Shown here in pieces: positions 60,924 through 64,000 of a stretch of 64,000 bases of DNA. The number at the start of each line of letters is the position of its first letter. The first letter of the stretch is position 1. The notes beneath the pieces were generated by a model, which worked only from the letters and a program-made list of their open reading frames with translations, did not search any database and was not told the origin of the DNA. The position numbers and the translations under genes were made by a program. Origin of the DNA: Cystobasidiomycetes sp. EMM_F5 (taxonomy: Eukaryota); assembly GCA_051047955.1 (NCBI GenBank), contig JBPGPT010000035.1, positions 62,001 through 126,000 on the forward strand, in the 5' to 3' direction.

Positions 60924-61741
60924 TCACGGCCGAACCGCTGCGGCGGCTAGACGGGCACGCATCAGCTGCGGACTGAGATGCACAGTTCCAGCCTTGCTCT
61001 TCTGGTCCAATCCAGCTGAAGCTTCAGACCGACGAGCAGCCCTGACACGTTCTGAGCGCTTTAAAGAAGGTGTTCCAAAGGATGGACCGTGAGCGATTGC
61101 ATCTTGGGCGGGCATGTCGATGTTGCCATTGGCAGGGATGGGTTCGATGGCAGGAGCCAGAGCATGATTGCCGACATGAGCAAACTTCAAGCCGGCCAAT
61201 ACATTTCTGGCCTTCTGACGGTGACGGGCTGCAGGGGAGGCAGAGAGGAGGCAGACACCGTCTTTATCATCGTTTGAGCAGACAAAGCCTGATCAGATGG
61301 AGCCAGAGTCAATTGAGAAGAGAGCGACACAGTAGACGTAAGGTACGCATCTACTCACCCGGCGTGTAGCACGTAATGTCGTCCTGGGGAGGGTTGGTGT
61401 GGACGAATGGATTGCGCGATTGGCAGTAGGCAGACAGACCACCGCAGACAAAATTGGTACCACAGCCATTGTAGCAATTAAAGTCGTGCTCGCAGTCTGC
61501 GCCATTGTCTCCGCAGTAGCCGTTGGGTGCGCAGTTCGCTTGAACAGCGACGGTCTGGCCGTCGCCGTTGATGTAGGTCCCTGTCATACCTGTCAGTGAT
61601 AAGCGATATCGGATCGAGACAGTGTACCCACTCACAAGTACATGCTTCGGAACCAGTGCAAGGCCCTCCCTGTATCTCGTGAAGGGCGTTTGTCGTGCCG
61701 AGGAGGTAAAGGAGAGTGCAAGCGAGAGATGCGCCGAGCAT
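60924..61741 (-). CDS. Secreted Cys-rich protein
   Basis: Signal peptide MLGASLACTLLYLLGTTNA, then about 12 Cys (CAPNGYCGDNGADCEHDFNCYNGCGTNFVCGGLSAYC), then a basic tail. 3' end uncertain. Confidence 0.75.
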
Positions 61742-62199
61742 GATGTGGGCGGTGAAGAGGGTGGTATGAGAGTTGACGGGTGGTGGTTTGTAAAGACTGC
61801 GAGGTGAATGAGCAGACCATAGCACAAGATCAGCGGGTTGTTTGTCAACATTTCACGCCGTGACCTCCTCGACATCCCTGTCAGCAGGCAGACTAGCCAA
61901 GATCTCCGGGCAGGATGTTGGGAGCGTTGGTATGGAAGATGTGTTATAGAACGGTGACAGCAGTACTTTGTGCAAGCGAAGTCATGCTCAATTGCCTGTG
62001 TAGCCGTACAATCAGTCGTATAGTCAGTCAAAGTCGGCTGAATCTGATTCGTTTCAGCTCGTTCGAAAAAGAGCAATTAGCTCATCAGTGTCAGTATCCG
62101 TTCTAAGCTTCTTTTCAGTAATGTGCTTCAATATCTCGTTGCAATCTCGTCTTCTTTGTCTCGTCAATCATCTTAAATTCATGCGGACTCCCCGCCAAC

Positions 62200-64000
62200 A
62201 TGGACGATGATTTCGAGCAGCCCATCGCTTCGACGTCCAAGGCCACCGACATCTTCAGCGCCTTCCATGCTCCACTGGGACAGGCAGTGAGGGCTCAGCG
62301 AGTTCGGAATAGTCAGAAGCAGGCGTCAAAAGAAATAAAAGATGGTATGGATACTCTGGACGAAGCTCTCGACTACCTGGATCCCGAGACTGGCCTCGCA
62401 GTAGCGTTTGAGGGTATTCTGCAAGCCGCGTGAGTCAACGCGTATTATAATCATCGTTCGCGAGCTGATTTGCGACTTTGAACGACCATCCAGCTTGCAA
62501 GATGTTCTGGATCCAGACGCAGTCCTCGACGACGATGAGCGAGCTGCATTCACCCTCGAAGCGCACACCTGGTCACTCCTCCAAGCGCTCTACTCCCTCA
62601 GAACTTCCCCGCCCTCCACCGCTTCTCTCGCGGAATCCTACTACACGCCCCCGCTCACTCTGGTTCAGCATGCTGTCGCAAGCTCGCCAGCCCTGTCTGA
62701 GCTGTCAGTCGTCAGAGACTGGCTGCACTCTTCCGCCTACAGTAACCTCCATCCCGCCGAAATCCGGAAAGGATACCATCCATACACACGCGCCAAACTG
62801 AAGCAGGCAATCAGGACTGGAACGACCTCAACAAACCCCAACATAAGCAAGCTCGTCTCTTCTCTCGACCCAGATGCTACAAACAGGCTCTCCGGTCAGC
62901 AGCGAAAAGTACTTGATACCGAAGACGCGACCTACGAGCATGCTTTCCTCAGATCTCTGTACGAATACGTTCGAGTAGGAGAGCTAGATCAAGCGATAGA
63001 CATGTGTCGACAGAGTGACTTTTCATGGCGAGCAGCGTCCCTTTCCGGCGGCAAACTCTACCAGAACGATATCCTCGCACGGTATGCCCTTTCTGCAAAC
63101 TCCGAAACTGGTCTGACCCCCATACAAGACATGGAGCTTGACCCCGACTCGCGCCAGAGGCAGGGCAACCTTCGTCGAAAGCTGTGGAAGGCAATGTGTC
63201 GGTCCATGTCGTCCGCCTCCCATCTCGACCCATATGAGCGAGCTCTATATGCGGCAGTAGCTGGCCAGATTGACCCCATCCTACCTGTCTGTTCGACATG
63301 GGAGGATCACGTGTGGGCAAGAGTGAATGGATTGCTCGAATCGGAGATCGATGCCATCCTTGCTCGTGCAGAACGCGACGAAAGTAACTATTTTCTATCT
63401 ACCTTTAGCGGTACTTCCCGGCAGGACGATAATCAAAACAACGCTACGTCCAAGCCGAAGAGCATTCCCAACAGCTTGAAAGACATCTTCGACAACTTGC
63501 TCAAAGATCAGAAAGTAGCTATGGATGCCCGCTCTCCTTTCCACGTTGCTCAAGCTTGGCTCATCCTCGATCGAGCGCCAGACCTTCTCACATCATTCGT
63601 TACGCGCCTGGAACGACAGCAGGCTTCAGAGTCGGACGCACTCTCCGAACCTCAACTGGCGCAGCTTTTACGATTCTTTGCGCATCTCGTCCTGTTTCTC
63701 CGCTTGATTGCCTCGCAATCTGAATCCTCACTCGAAGAAGGTGCAACACCTCTACAACCTCTACCCGCAGATGCATCCGCGGCCGTACTTGTGGCGTACG
63801 TACGTGTTCTGCAAGCTCACGGCAAGCCTCCTTCGCTCGTTGCATTCTACTCGAGCGCACTTGACCCCTCGCAGGCCATTGAATGCTATGCTTCCTACCT
63901 CGTCAGCGAGTTCCCGGCCACGGCTACAATAGGAGGTCAAGAAGCGTCTGAGAGATCAGCACGAAAGCAAGCATTAGTACTTGCGGAGGAGAATGGAATA
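62200..64000 (+). CDS. NUP84: Nucleoporin Nup84/Nup107 (partial, runs off the window end)
   Basis: LEAHTWSLLQALY, VVRDWL, SLDPDA, YEYVRVGELDQAIDMCRQS..WRAASLSGG, GNLRRKLWK, YERALYAAVAG, CSTWEDHVWA, LRFFAHLVLFLR. Confidence 0.93.

Overview
This is eukaryotic DNA from an intron-rich, gene-dense fungus. Short introns (mostly 50-70 nt) with CTRAC/GCTRAY branch points and the protein families present point to a basidiomycete, probably a Pucciniomycotina-type yeast (inference). About 30 genes are present. Housekeeping genes: allantoicase fused to ureidoglycolate lyase, RIO2, secreted alkaline phosphatase, RBM39-like splicing factor, eIF3k, SHP1, UAP1, G1 cyclin, a LIM protein, an SPX phosphate transporter, a CaCA exchanger, a peroxisomal acyl-CoA ligase and NUP84. 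Accessory content: six paralogous BTB/POZ genes in two tandem triplets, an F-box-like gene, an intronless prokaryote-style stomatin with a mitochondrial-type presequence, an EF-hand NADPH oxidase (NoxC type), and a large protein with two Mutator/WRKY-GCM1-like zinc modules plus an AT-hook. The most notable hidden feature is a stand-alone LigD-type DNA 3'-phosphoesterase gene (55654-56802). Introns split it so finely that the ORF track misses it, but manual splicing restores the catalytic His/His/Asp/Arg/His/Tyr set. GC-AG introns look unusually frequent. All gene models were spliced by eye, so exon boundaries are approximate.
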